Below are positions 1 through 8,956 of a DNA stretch of 64,000 bases, in pieces. A model generated the notes under the pieces. That model was not told where the DNA came from, ran no database searches, and saw only the letters and a list, made by a program, of their open reading frames with translations. The position numbers and the translations under genes are program-made. Source of the DNA: a virus (Duplodnaviria > Heunggongvirae > Uroviricota > Caudoviricetes); the IMG/VR virus record IMGVR_UViG_3300032053_000007, one strand, 5' to 3'. Each line of letters opens with the position of its first letter. The first letter of the stretch is position 1.

Positions 1-43
1 CAAGAATAAGAACTACCTTCACTCTCCCTCTTTTTCCGCAAGA

Positions 44-51
44 TTTAAATA
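44..51 (+). promoter_or_regulatory. TATA box (promoter without GAGCATGG box)
   Basis: TTTAAATA about 37 nt before ATG 88. Confidence 0.35.
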
Positions 52-87
52 CTTCCTTTACTCTATGTTATCCCTTAGTGAGAAAAT

Positions 88-408
88 ATGCCTAACCCGA
101 AAATTCATGAAGATATTGATTGGAAAATTTTTGGAGAATCTTATCCCGAAGTTCATAAGTGGATAGATGGAACATATAATGGAACTAACGGACGTACTCA
201 TTGGATAGATACACACTATACAATTGCAATTTATGATAAATACAACCCAGAGGATTACCCAGATATAAAACAACGTGAAAGATTTATTGAAGTAGCAAAG
301 ATGCACGTTATGTTCGATTGGGCACTCTATTATAAGAGAATACTTCTACCAATTTCTCGTGACGATGTAATTAGAGAATTAAGGTCCGAGGGTATATTGA
401 TTGAGTGA
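88..408 (+). CDS. hypothetical protein
   Basis: track ORF; TATA upstream; no recognisable domain. Confidence 0.6.
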   Translation: MPNPKIHEDIDWKIFGESYPEVHKWIDGTYNGTNGRTHWIDTHYTIAIYDKYNPEDYPDIKQRERFIEVAKMHVMFDWALYYKRILLPISRDDVIRELRSEGILIE

Positions 409-802
409 ACGAAAGGTATATACAAAGCATGACCTATTAGGTTTCAAATTTACATGTGTTCATGAATGTAGTGAATGGAAACATGATATATGTAAACATT
501 GTCGTTCTCGACATTTATGCAATGACCATGTTCGCCCAGTTTATCTTTCCGAAACTGGGGTTTGTTTTGCAACAGAAACAGTAGAAATTGCTCCCAGATA
601 TTCTCAGGATTTAGGAACATATATTCATGAATTCACAGAAGTTGAGATTATCAAAATCCTAATAAAGTATCGCAAAGATTGGAATGCAGACTTTAACATT
701 AAAGGATATAGAGGAACTTTCATAGCTCACTTCATTTCTTTGTATGGAGTAAATGGCACTTGCCTAGAACCTGTAACAAAGAGAAATAGACCAAGATGGT
801 AA
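401..802 (+). CDS. hypothetical Cys/His-rich protein (paralog of 52399..52782)
   Basis: TTG start overlapping previous stop; YIHEFTEVEI resembles FVHEFNEVAI of 52399 gene. Confidence 0.55.
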   Translation: MSERKVYTKHDLLGFKFTCVHECSEWKHDICKHCRSRHLCNDHVRPVYLSETGVCFATETVEIAPRYSQDLGTYIHEFTEVEIIKILIKYRKDWNADFNIKGYRGTFIAHFISLYGVNGTCLEPVTKRNRPRW

Positions 803-803
803 T

Positions 804-962
804 ATGAGTTTCGAATATGATGGACTTTGGATTCATGCAACCGATAGATATAGTATAGAATGGAAAATGAAGGGCGAAAATCTTATTCCACCAGTTGAGG
901 GATTTCATCATCAATTTATTATTCTGAGACATCTTGGAAAAGAACAGAGACTCGAAAGTTGA
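804..962 (+). CDS. hypothetical small protein (52 aa)
   Basis: ATG 2 nt after previous stop; its TGA is the first 3 nt of the promoter cassette at 960; below track cutoff. Confidence 0.45.
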   Translation: MSFEYDGLWIHATDRYSIEWKMKGENLIPPVEGFHHQFIILRHLGKEQRLES

Positions 963-992
963 GCATGGTCTTTCTAGGGCAAGGTTTATATA
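960..992 (+). promoter_or_regulatory. GAGCATGG-box/TATA promoter cassette
   Basis: tGAGCATGGtctTTCT..TTTATATA; box-to-TATA offset 24; drives 1029 gene. Confidence 0.65.
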
Positions 993-1028
993 GGACGAAT
1001 GCGTGTATATATTCAAGGTAAGAAAAAA

Positions 1029-1298
1029 ATGATAAAACAAATCCGAAGTTGTATGCGGATTCCTTTAGAAAACATAAGCGAAGACGAGAAACGAAAAATC
1101 AAGGAAATGGATGGGCGAATCGTTGTAGTTAATGTTGAAGAACCGTGTCTTACTTGTGGACGACATAAACGTATGAAGTACACACAACATATTGACGGAA
1201 AGCTATTCGTTATTGAGGAATGTCTCTACTGCACAATCAACAACGGGAATGGCAAATTACATGGGATTCTCACATACGCCAATAGACAAACGAAGTAG
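1029..1298 (+). CDS. zinc-ribbon protein
   Basis: track ORF 999..1298 trimmed: ATG 999 lies 7 nt after the TATA box; ATG 1029 fits TSS; CLTC..CLYC. Confidence 0.55.
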   Translation: MIKQIRSCMRIPLENISEDEKRKIKEMDGRIVVVNVEEPCLTCGRHKRMKYTQHIDGKLFVIEECLYCTINNGNGKLHGILTYANRQTK

Positions 1299-1306
1299 AT
1301 GGTTTT

Positions 1307-1537
1307 ATGCCAGATTATATGTCAATGGTTTACATCGGAGAAAAAACTTATCTTGTTGACCGAGAAGCATACTATTTGCTTTGTAAGTTACAAGAGAAGA
1401 AGATGCCGAGAACCCCATATGAGACTATCTATCTAAAAGTTCTTAGCTGGCTAGTGGATAATAAAAAAGCCATTGAATTATCGCAGAAACCAATACAATT
1501 GGTAATACCGCATTTCAATCAATGGAGCGAAGAATAA
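1307..1537 (+). CDS. hypothetical protein
   Basis: track ORF. Confidence 0.55.
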   Translation: MPDYMSMVYIGEKTYLVDREAYYLLCKLQEKKMPRTPYETIYLKVLSWLVDNKKAIELSQKPIQLVIPHFNQWSEE

Positions 1538-1546
1538 AGGTGGTGA

Positions 1547-1933
1547 ATGAGTTTGAACCCTAGATGTCCAGAACCAAAATGTATTAGATTACTGCGAACC
1601 AGAAAACTCATAACTAACTTGGGATTATCCGAATGCCCTAACTGTAAAAGAAGTCAATCTAAGCCATTCATCTTGACCGAGAAAAAGAAAGGTATGCGTA
1701 AATGCTTGAAATGCCGCAAAGATTTCATGCCTAAATGCCGAGAAGGACTCACCAAATATTTCATATGCCAAGACCATCCGTGGCAGAAATTCAAAGTTGG
1801 TGCAGAAGTCATCTCATACAAGACTAAACCAAAGACGGCAGAAGAATTAGTTAGAGATGCTGGCGCAAAGAAACCATTCCAAGCGAAGAAGAAACAGAGG
1901 CAATCTAATGTCCAAATGCGACCACGAGCATAA
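1547..1933 (+). CDS. basic zinc-ribbon protein
   Basis: CPEPKC..CPNC, CLKC; K/R-rich. Confidence 0.6.
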   Translation: MSLNPRCPEPKCIRLLRTRKLITNLGLSECPNCKRSQSKPFILTEKKKGMRKCLKCRKDFMPKCREGLTKYFICQDHPWQKFKVGAEVISYKTKPKTAEELVRDAGAKKPFQAKKKQRQSNVQMRPRA

Positions 1934-2165
1934 GGTCTGCGAAAGTCGTTTGCGTACAGTCCTTAAAGGTGTAACCGCAAAGATGTTGGAAGTAGTATTT
2001 GACTTCATAGTTCTCGACCTTATCTTCCAACGTCCAGCGGAATCTTTAGGCGTAGCAATTGGGATAGAAGGACTTTGTTATGCTATTACCTATTTCAATG
2101 AACGTGGATGGAATAGAATACAATGGGGAAGAAAAATAATCAATGTTGCCACTAATAGAAATTGA
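1908..2165 (+). CDS. hypothetical protein, possibly membrane
   Basis: track ORF 1857..2165 trimmed to ATG 1908; hydrophobic stretches. Confidence 0.35.
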   Translation: MSKCDHEHKVCESRLRTVLKGVTAKMLEVVFDFIVLDLIFQRPAESLGVAIGIEGLCYAITYFNERGWNRIQWGRKIINVATNRN

Positions 2166-3078
2166 GGGCTTCAAAGTTTCTTTCACTCTTCTTTGGGTTA
2201 GAGATGATACCCCATTTTTAGGGAAAGTAGCTAAAGATGTAGTTCTTCTTGTGCCTATTTACAATACTACAAGACGTTGCTGGAAAGTTTTCGAACGAGC
2301 ACTTTATCGCTTAGACCCACAGCCTGAAAAAGTCATCTTCTGCGAAAACAATAGCGTAGATAATACTCTTGAACTGATTGAAAAGTTTCAGTTGCCACAC
2401 GAAGTTATTCGTATTTGGTTCAAAGAAGATGCCGCTAAGGGACAACCTTATGAGCCAATAGCTAATGTTCGTCAACTGCTTTTAACACGGGCAAGAACAT
2501 TTGGTGCAAACATAGCGATATTTCTCGATGATGACTGTATCCCACAGGATAAAGATTTTATTCAAAGGTTTTTGGATAATATTTATTACGACAATAATCT
2601 CGATATTTGTGGCGGGTCATATACTAGGGATTTTCCACAAGAAACTATGGTAGCAACCGTATGGTCTATTGATGCTCCTATTAAGGACATGCCGAAAGGG
2701 ACTGTTCCGATTATAAAACGAGGAATTGCAAAAGAGATAAGAAAAGCCAGACAACTTAATCTTAATGTTCTCGGCTTTAAATATCAAGATTATGACGAGG
2801 GAAAGATATACAAAGCGACTTGCACAAGTGCTGGTGCTTTGGCGTTAAGCAGAAAAATTCTTAATGATAAAAGATTGAATTTTGTTCCTATACGCCATGA
2901 TTTGGCTAAACAAGAAGAGGGGGCAAGCGAAGACTTTGGATTTTGTCTTTTAGCTGGTAGTTTGGGATATTCAGTTCATCTTGATTTCAGAATAAAGTTC
3001 GCTCATTTGGGTGCTATGTCTAATGAAACGGCAAAAAACCGTCCGTGGGCTACCTATGTGAAAGATTTCAAATATTGA
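2143..3078 (+). CDS. glycosyltransferase family 2-like
   Basis: VLLVPIYNT N-terminus, FLDDDC DxD motif; stop TGA inside cassette 3076. Confidence 0.65.
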   Translation: MLPLIEIEGFKVSFTLLWVRDDTPFLGKVAKDVVLLVPIYNTTRRCWKVFERALYRLDPQPEKVIFCENNSVDNTLELIEKFQLPHEVIRIWFKEDAAKGQPYEPIANVRQLLLTRARTFGANIAIFLDDDCIPQDKDFIQRFLDNIYYDNNLDICGGSYTRDFPQETMVATVWSIDAPIKDMPKGTVPIIKRGIAKEIRKARQLNLNVLGFKYQDYDEGKIYKATCTSAGALALSRKILNDKRLNFVPIRHDLAKQEEGASEDFGFCLLAGSLGYSVHLDFRIKFAHLGAMSNETAKNRPWATYVKDFKY

Positions 3079-3108
3079 GCATGGTGTTTTTTACGCAAGA
3101 TTTATATA
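3076..3108 (+). promoter_or_regulatory. GAGCATGG-box/TATA promoter cassette
   Basis: tGAGCATGGtgtTTTT..TTTATATA; offset 24. Confidence 0.65.
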
Positions 3109-3141
3109 GGACGACTGATATAATAGGATAGTGACCTAAAA

Positions 3142-3309
3142 ATGGGTAAAATAACTATAAGGGATTACGAGAGCTTGAGAAGATGGGCACAAAGAAAAAT
3201 AGGCGAATCCTATAATCTTTGGATAATGGAACAAGCTCTTAGGGAAATAAATGAAGCATTCAAAGCCTATATCGTTATGGGAGCCAAATCAGTAGAGGTT
3301 AATGAATAA
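3142..3309 (+). CDS. hypothetical small protein (55 aa)
   Basis: first ATG after cassette; TAATG overlap with next gene. Confidence 0.45.
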   Translation: MGKITIRDYESLRRWAQRKIGESYNLWIMEQALREINEAFKAYIVMGAKSVEVNE

Positions 3310-3698
3310 TGCCAGAAATACCGAAAGTACCAACAATCAAGCCAGTTCTTCCTATCAATCAAGAGAAATGTCCGAAGTGCGGCTCAATAGAAGTCAAACT
3401 TACATATGTTTCAGAAACTTATACAAAGATGGAATGTCGTAAATGTGGTTATCGGGTTGGTGACGATTGGAGACAACCAGCACCACTTAAGGAAGGATGG
3501 GTTTGGTTTCTTAATAGCAAAAAGGCACATTATGTCAAGGAACATCGTGCGCTTTGCGGACGTTGGCTATATCTAGGAAACACTTATGAGTTAGGAAATG
3601 ACGACAGCGTAGATAATTGTGCGGAATGCAAACGAAAATTGCTCAAAACGAATTGGAGAGAAGCAAAGAAATTAGCAAAGGAAGGATTGATACAATAA
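3309..3698 (+). CDS. zinc-ribbon protein
   Basis: CPKCGS..CRKCGY and CAEC. Confidence 0.6.
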   Translation: MPEIPKVPTIKPVLPINQEKCPKCGSIEVKLTYVSETYTKMECRKCGYRVGDDWRQPAPLKEGWVWFLNSKKAHYVKEHRALCGRWLYLGNTYELGNDDSVDNCAECKRKLLKTNWREAKKLAKEGLIQ

Positions 3699-4012
3699 TG
3701 CCAGTAACCATTCATTGTCCACATTGTAACGCAGAACTTCAACTCAAAGAAGAGAATAAAGGTCCAGAAGGTTTACTTGAATGTCCTAAATGTAAATGCA
3801 CATTCAGAGTTTGCTTGGCTACTTTTAATAGAGAATGTTTTGCTAAAATTTATCCAAAAACTGAGTGGAAAGCAGACAAAGACATTCAGATGGAAATTGG
3901 GGAAACTCTTGAGAAACGAAAGCGTGGGCGACCAAAGAAGGATAAAGTAGAATGGCAAGGTGGTCCTATGCAAGAAGTACCAAAAGAGAAGGAAGAAAAA
4001 AATGCCTCTTGA
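3698..4012 (+). CDS. zinc-ribbon protein
   Basis: track ORF 3617.. trimmed to ATG 3698 (TAATG overlap); CPHC..CPKCKC. Confidence 0.55.
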   Translation: MPVTIHCPHCNAELQLKEENKGPEGLLECPKCKCTFRVCLATFNRECFAKIYPKTEWKADKDIQMEIGETLEKRKRGRPKKDKVEWQGGPMQEVPKEKEEKNAS

Positions 4013-4358
4013 ATTGAATTTTCCTAATGCACCACAGATAAAGACAATACGAATAAAAGACAAGTATATATTCAAAGAACCTGATATAGATGAAGACCCC
4101 TATATTATCTGGGTCTGGAACAAAAGACTTCAATCTGGAAATACATTCTATGCAAAGCCTATTAACTTGGTGACGATGAATCTTTATATGGCTAAGAAGA
4201 TGCATGACTGTCCAGAGGATATGGTCGGAATAAGTCAATTCATGAGTGCTGTCTTGGTTGAGGAACTTTCTCATTGTGCAACTCGTTCAATGAAGAATCA
4301 TGAGAATTGGATTAGTTTCTTAGTCAAACTACAGGAGCAACTTCATTATGGCGTATAA
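4002..4358 (+). CDS. hypothetical protein
   Basis: track ORF 3960.. trimmed to ATG 4002. Confidence 0.5.
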   Translation: MPLELNFPNAPQIKTIRIKDKYIFKEPDIDEDPYIIWVWNKRLQSGNTFYAKPINLVTMNLYMAKKMHDCPEDMVGISQFMSAVLVEELSHCATRSMKNHENWISFLVKLQEQLHYGV

Positions 4359-4524
4359 GAGAAAAACTGTTGAAGAAATTCATATGATGATTGATTCTTT
4401 CAAGAAGTTGAGAGAAAAAGCTAAAGTTGACCACGAGTGGGCGATGTTCCATATTTTGAAAAGTTACATAGATTTGTTAGAATGGACTTTAGGAGAAAAA
4501 GAACTCAATGTGCCAAGTAAATGA
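4348..4524 (+). CDS. hypothetical small protein (58 aa)
   Basis: ATG overlapping the end of the previous gene; below cutoff. Confidence 0.4.
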   Translation: MAYKRKTVEEIHMMIDSFKKLREKAKVDHEWAMFHILKSYIDLLEWTLGEKELNVPSK

Positions 4525-4525
4525 A

Positions 4526-4786
4526 ATGAAACTTCACGTTCGGTGCAAGACTCTCGAAGACCCAGCCATTGTTTATATAACTTGGAAAAAGAAGGGTCAA
4601 ATAGGTGTATGTGCCAAATGCTGGGAGCGTATTGCAGATAAGGATTGGGAAACTGGTGATAGTCCCAAATCAACTATGGAAGAAATACTTTCCGATAAAG
4701 CTAGGTTCGGAGAAAATCCAGTAGAAACCGAATACAAACTTAGAGGTAAGAAACTTGAAGAGCAAAAAGACGAAGAAGATTTCTAA
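4526..4786 (+). CDS. hypothetical protein
   Basis: track ORF 4508.. trimmed to ATG 4526 just after previous stop; CAKCW. Confidence 0.5.
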   Translation: MKLHVRCKTLEDPAIVYITWKKKGQIGVCAKCWERIADKDWETGDSPKSTMEEILSDKARFGENPVETEYKLRGKKLEEQKDEEDF

Positions 4787-5030
4787 GTCCTATCGCACAT
4801 TTCTTTTTAAAGAACGCATGATAAACATAATTTCTATAATGCAAAGGTCTAATCCAACAATATGCTACTTTTGTGGTTTGCCTTTTGATGCATCCGATTT
4901 TCCGATTGATGGAAGGGACAAAGTTGATATTCACCATGTTTCTTATTCTCCTGAATATCTAGTATTGGCTCACACAAAATGTCACAAAAAGTTTCACGCC
5001 AAGCAGAAAAAAATCAGAACTAAAGTTTGA
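4755..5030 (+). CDS. HNH endonuclease-like protein
   Basis: CYFCG, DIHHVS, AHTKCHKKFH; start uncertain (alternative ATG 4818). Confidence 0.5.
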   Translation: MKSKKTKKISKSYRTFLFKERMINIISIMQRSNPTICYFCGLPFDASDFPIDGRDKVDIHHVSYSPEYLVLAHTKCHKKFHAKQKKIRTKV

Positions 5031-5096
5031 TAACTATATTATAAAGCATGTTGAAAGCATGGGAAAACGGCGGAGAAGGTTATCAAAACCAATATT

Positions 5097-5112
5097 TTAA
5101 TCAGTTGATTAA
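5097..5112. promoter_or_regulatory. TTAATCA-NN-TGATTAA palindrome (operator candidate)
   Basis: ttaatcagttgattaa, 22 nt upstream of box 5134. Confidence 0.55.
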
Positions 5113-5133
5113 CTGGCATCATAACCTTTAAAT

Positions 5134-5166
5134 TGAGCATGGTTATTCTAGCGTAAGGTTTATAAG
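5134..5166 (+). promoter_or_regulatory. GAGCATGG-box/TATA promoter cassette
   Basis: tGAGCATGGttaTTCT..TTTATAAG; offset 24. Confidence 0.65.
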
Positions 5167-5204
5167 GGACGGAGAGATTATAGTAGTTGGAGTATTGATG
5201 TATA

Positions 5205-5897
5205 ATGGCTCTTAATATAGATATGAGATTTTGGATTAACACGTTAATTTTCAATAATCTAGCTGAAATTTGTCCATTGCTAAGTCTTACTGGCGAAGAC
5301 CGAAAGGTTTATGAAATCTGCATTGAAGACTTTAAGAATTATACTGAATATCTTGACAGAAACCATATGAGTGTTGATAAACAAATATCTCAAGAGTTTC
5401 TACCTTCGCAACAAGTAATCATGGAAGAGATTATATCATTAATTGTAGAAAATTTTGGCGTAACCAAAAATTTGCAAGATATAAAAGACACAGAGGAATT
5501 TGTTCATTTTTGGGTTCAGTCGTGGTGGAAGAAATGGCAATATAGGACGAAAATTATTTTCAAAGACCAACCACATATGATTAATGTTAATTCACACTTT
5601 ACGGTGAATGATTTTACAGGAGAAGAACTTAACGAATTAACTCATGTCGTGACTGACAGACTTATACAATGTGGTGAGATATGCTGTGTCAACATTATGG
5701 CTGATGCCCTTATTAAGAAAGATATTCAAGCCGCTCAAAAATCAGAATGGACCGTTCAAGATAAACTTAATCTGATTCCAAGATTGCAAAGAGAAGTTAA
5801 GGAAATGAGTTATACCCACGGTCCACTCGTGTTCATTAAGGCAAACAAAAGTTACGGACTGAGGGAATGGCGGGATGGCTCAAACAAAATTATATAG
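5205..5897 (+). CDS. hypothetical protein
   Basis: track ORF, 230 aa, no recognisable domain. Confidence 0.6.
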   Translation: MALNIDMRFWINTLIFNNLAEICPLLSLTGEDRKVYEICIEDFKNYTEYLDRNHMSVDKQISQEFLPSQQVIMEEIISLIVENFGVTKNLQDIKDTEEFVHFWVQSWWKKWQYRTKIIFKDQPHMINVNSHFTVNDFTGEELNELTHVVTDRLIQCGEICCVNIMADALIKKDIQAAQKSEWTVQDKLNLIPRLQREVKEMSYTHGPLVFIKANKSYGLREWRDGSNKII

Positions 5898-6021
5898 GCA
5901 AATCCATAATCACAAATTTCGACTTGGAAATAACAAATGCAGAGCGGCTTTAGGATGGTACACTCGTTTTATTATGATGGCAATTAAATTTGTAGAAGAA
6001 GAAAAGGTTACGTTCACATGA
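5875..6021 (+). CDS. VxFT-tail mini-protein (48 aa)
   Basis: ends EEKVTFT, ovl ATGA; W-x-R..A..E motif shared with 6018 and 16732 ORFs. Confidence 0.4.
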   Translation: MAQTKLYRQIHNHKFRLGNNKCRAALGWYTRFIMMAIKFVEEEKVTFT

Positions 6022-6167
6022 AACCAAAAAATACATGGGGATGTATAATACCACCACCGACCACTCAATGTGGTAGTAATCATAGAGCATGTATGAGATG
6101 GTTTGTACGACTTGCTCACGAATATTACAACTATTTTCATAAAATAGAGAAGGTCCAATTCGATTGA
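6018..6167 (+). CDS. VxFT-tail mini-protein (49 aa)
   Basis: ends EKVQFD, ovl TTGA. Confidence 0.55.
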   Translation: MKPKNTWGCIIPPPTTQCGSNHRACMRWFVRLAHEYYNYFHKIEKVQFD

Positions 6168-6343
6168 AATGCCTTAATTGCGGTATCGAATTCGAATGTG
6201 ATGCCAAGTTTAAAGACTGTAGAACCAAAGAATGTTTCTGTAGAAAATGTTGGAAGAAAACTCGTTCGTATATTGAGAATCCCCATGCATTTGATGACTG
6301 TTATAAAGTTCGTGTAGAGTCTGAAAAGGTGAAGTTCGATTGA
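6164..6343 (+). CDS. ZR-F family zinc-ribbon mini-protein (59 aa)
   Basis: CLNCGIEFEC..CFCRKC; ends EKVKFD, ovl TTGA. Confidence 0.6.
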   Translation: MKCLNCGIEFECDAKFKDCRTKECFCRKCWKKTRSYIENPHAFDDCYKVRVESEKVKFD

Positions 6344-6519
6344 TAAAAGAACTTAGAATACGTCCTTCGATGGTTCAAAGAATTTATTGGACAGACCGAA
6401 AGCCTTACTTCTTTATCGAGTTGTTTCTATTTTTAGATATTCCAGAGTTTCCAAAATACCCAGATGACATTATGGTTCTCGTCAATGAATGGTTGACCCT
6501 CTCATTGATTAGAAGTTGA
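6340..6519 (+). CDS. hypothetical small protein (59 aa)
   Basis: TTG in junction; stop TGA opens cassette 6517. Confidence 0.5.
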   Translation: MIKELRIRPSMVQRIYWTDRKPYFFIELFLFLDIPEFPKYPDDIMVLVNEWLTLSLIRS

Positions 6520-6549
6520 GCATGGAGTTTCTGACGCAAAGTTTAAATA
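6517..6549 (+). promoter_or_regulatory. GAGCATGG-box/TATA promoter cassette
   Basis: tGAGCATGGagtTTCT..TTTAAATA; offset 24. Confidence 0.65.
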
Positions 6550-6584
6550 GGACGAGTGCGTAATACCTTTATAGTGATTGAAAT

Positions 6585-7298
6585 ATGAAACAAAAACAGA
6601 AATGTTCATCATGTGGACAAGATTATTTCGTAACAATGTTGAAGGTTTACGTCTTCAAGAAACATACTTGCCCTGACGACAAAACAGAATTGGCGAAGTC
6701 TATTGATGGGAATATTTTTGGTTGCCCTAAATGTAAGAAGGTATTTCGTAAAACTGTTCCAACCGAATGGAATAGTATGGGCACAAAAATTGAGGGTTCA
6801 ACTCGAAGTCTCGAAGAAAAAGGAAAAAGACTAATAAAGGAACCGAACACAGAGGTTGACAATGTTATGATTCCAGAGAAATCAATGTGCCAGAAATGTC
6901 GTAATTGGCAAATTAGAAGCGAACAAGCTACCAAGAATCGTGAACGAAAAATTGCAATGGGTGTGCCTGATGACATAAAGGTGGTTCCAGATTCGATAAG
7001 TAACGCTGATATTTACAAATATGAAATTTTCAGAAAAACCCAGACAGACTATCAGGAAACTAGAAAAGCGGAAGCATATGAACTACAGAAGAAAGAACGT
7101 GCCGCAATGGAAGCTGAACGCCAAGCAAAACTAGCCGAACAATTTAAGAAACCAGAAACTATGATACCCACAAAAGAAGAAATGATACCATTGATTGACC
7201 CCGAAACTGCAAAAATCATAGAAGAAGTAAAGAAGAAAGACGCTCACATAGCCGAACTGAAAAAGAAACTTGAGAAAGCACAAAAGGCTGAGAAGTAA
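6585..7298 (+). CDS. zinc-ribbon / coiled-coil protein
   Basis: CSSC, CPKC, CQKC; K/E-rich helical C-terminus; SD GTGATTGAA. Confidence 0.6.
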   Translation: MKQKQKCSSCGQDYFVTMLKVYVFKKHTCPDDKTELAKSIDGNIFGCPKCKKVFRKTVPTEWNSMGTKIEGSTRSLEEKGKRLIKEPNTEVDNVMIPEKSMCQKCRNWQIRSEQATKNRERKIAMGVPDDIKVVPDSISNADIYKYEIFRKTQTDYQETRKAEAYELQKKERAAMEAERQAKLAEQFKKPETMIPTKEEMIPLIDPETAKIIEEVKKKDAHIAELKKKLEKAQKAEK

Positions 7299-8416
7299 TG
7301 ACAGGCGCAGATAATCCAGACGAAATCTGGAAACCTTCCAAAGTATTCAAAAGGTTGGAGAAATTAGGAAAGAAGATGAGAAAACCACGAAAGATTCCAG
7401 AAGGATTCGAATGGGACCCTAAAGCTAAAGAATTGATTGATACTAGATGTAATAATGCAAAACTGAGAAAGTTGGTTAAGGAATCTGTTAAGGTTGATTT
7501 CGATAAACCAGCCATATGTATATCTCCATTCTTTACTGGAACAAAGAAACGCCAAAAAGAACTTCCGTGGGAACACTACCCTCATATTCCTATTTTGACA
7601 ACTAATGCCAGACTTAGAAGGTCATTGCTCGGACTTAGACTTCAATGGACAATAAAAGAAGATGGTGAAAATGTTACCATATGGAAGAGAAAGAAACCAC
7701 ATACGCGGAAACAGTTCGAGTTTGTCATATCAAGTCATAATCAAGAGATAGCCGCTAAGGATATTCAAGCCAGAGTAAGAAAAGATTGTGTAGAGGATTA
7801 TGAGAAAATCGTAGCACTAATCGAAGCTAATCCAACATTCAGAGTAATTGTAGAAGAATGTGCCAAAGGTGCAAGCGTCACAGGGATAAGAAGGTATGAA
7901 AAGCCTATCCTGTTCGTTGTTGACATCTACGATACCGCACTCAAGAATTTCCTTCCTTATACACAGGTATATCAATATTGTTATCACTCTAAAATTCCAG
8001 TTGTCCAGCTTTACGCATCAACAAGACACAGAACAATAAAGGATTTGATAAAGTTTTCTAATCACGTTCTGGAATACTGTAACACCGAAAAGGATTACGG
8101 CAAAGATGAAGGTATGGTACTGAAAACATTCGATAAAGAAGGAGAGTATATTCAAGCAAAAGTGAAACTAGATATTCCAAAGCCAATAGTCGAACGGATA
8201 CGAGAGGGACCGCCAAAGTTACCACAAATTCCAGAGAGCGAAATCATGGGTGCAATAAGCCATGTCGAAGCGGACTTTGGATTAGATGGTACACCAAAAC
8301 ATGATATGCCACTTATTGCTAAAGCCGTTTCAGAAGAATGCCGAAAACATCTCTACTCAAGTCGTGGAAACTTGTTCACATTCTATGAAGATTACATGGA
8401 GCGAAGAAAGAAATGA
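7298..8416 (+). CDS. ATP-dependent RNA/DNA ligase-like nucleotidyltransferase
   Basis: motif I KEDG (K120), motif IV EGMVLK, motif V AKVK. Confidence 0.6.
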   Translation: MTGADNPDEIWKPSKVFKRLEKLGKKMRKPRKIPEGFEWDPKAKELIDTRCNNAKLRKLVKESVKVDFDKPAICISPFFTGTKKRQKELPWEHYPHIPILTTNARLRRSLLGLRLQWTIKEDGENVTIWKRKKPHTRKQFEFVISSHNQEIAAKDIQARVRKDCVEDYEKIVALIEANPTFRVIVEECAKGASVTGIRRYEKPILFVVDIYDTALKNFLPYTQVYQYCYHSKIPVVQLYASTRHRTIKDLIKFSNHVLEYCNTEKDYGKDEGMVLKTFDKEGEYIQAKVKLDIPKPIVERIREGPPKLPQIPESEIMGAISHVEADFGLDGTPKHDMPLIAKAVSEECRKHLYSSRGNLFTFYEDYMERRKK

Positions 8417-8529
8417 GAAGGTATCCCGTTAACTTTAGACCGTATAATTGTTGTGCAACCTGTGGAAATGAAGAATGCACCCATAGATGGTGGGGAAGTT
8501 GCAGAGAATGGACGGAGAAGAAAAAATGA
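8413..8529 (+). CDS. Cys-rich mini-protein (38 aa)
   Basis: ATGA overlap at both ends; CCATCG..C..C. Confidence 0.45.
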   Translation: MRRYPVNFRPYNCCATCGNEECTHRWWGSCREWTEKKK

Positions 8530-8810
8530 AAGCTACATTTGAAGGAATATTAAATCTTTCTAATGAGGAATGGGAACAGAAAAAGAAAGAGATAGAATCC
8601 TTTCGAAATTGTACTATTTGTAATGCACGGCTTGTTATGAATCTTTGTCATCTTTACGAAGACAAATACTATTGTGAAGAACATTGCCCAGAACATAAAT
8701 GGCAAAGTGATTATGATTGGGTTACAGAATGTGCCAAATGTGGATTACATTACGAACATTATCTCCAAAAACTTCTCGAAGATAATAAAATTTCTTATTT
8801 AAAAAGATGA
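8526..8810 (+). CDS. Cys/His-rich protein
   Basis: track ORF 8487.. trimmed to ATG 8526 (ovl). Confidence 0.55.
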   Translation: MKATFEGILNLSNEEWEQKKKEIESFRNCTICNARLVMNLCHLYEDKYYCEEHCPEHKWQSDYDWVTECAKCGLHYEHYLQKLLEDNKISYLKR

Positions 8811-8839
8811 TGATAGTGATATATGGAGAGTAGAAAGAA

Positions 8840-8956
8840 ATGACCGATGAAGAATTACGAATAATTTCAGAAAGTCTTAAAGAATATTTGGAAGCAAGGC
8901 GAGAATATAACAGAGTCTATAGGTATCTTAAAGTTGTAAAGGTAATGAGAAAATGA
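8840..8956 (+). CDS. hypothetical mini-protein (38 aa)
   Basis: ATGA overlap with 8953 gene. Confidence 0.4.
   Translation: MTDEELRIISESLKEYLEARREYNRVYRYLKVVKVMRK

Noticed and set aside
958-992. Reading TTGAGC ... TATATA as a bacterial sigma-70 -35/-10 promoter.
   Set aside because: The spacer is about 22 nt rather than 17, and the leading TT is not conserved (cGAGC and ctGAGC variants). The TTTATATA box at -27 with leaderless starts and GGTG Shine-Dalgarno sites fits archaeal promoters better.
3773-4274. Antisense track ORFs, for example 58..306, 732..1040, 3773..4075, 3966..4274, 5910..6228, 6647..6976, 7216..7585, 13666..14327, 23352..23842 and 47433..48100 (all minus strand).
   Set aside because: They lie entirely opposite better-supported plus-strand genes. 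They lack a promoter or SD context and have low-complexity, hydrophobic or Ser/Phe-rich translations typical of the antisense frame in AT-rich DNA.
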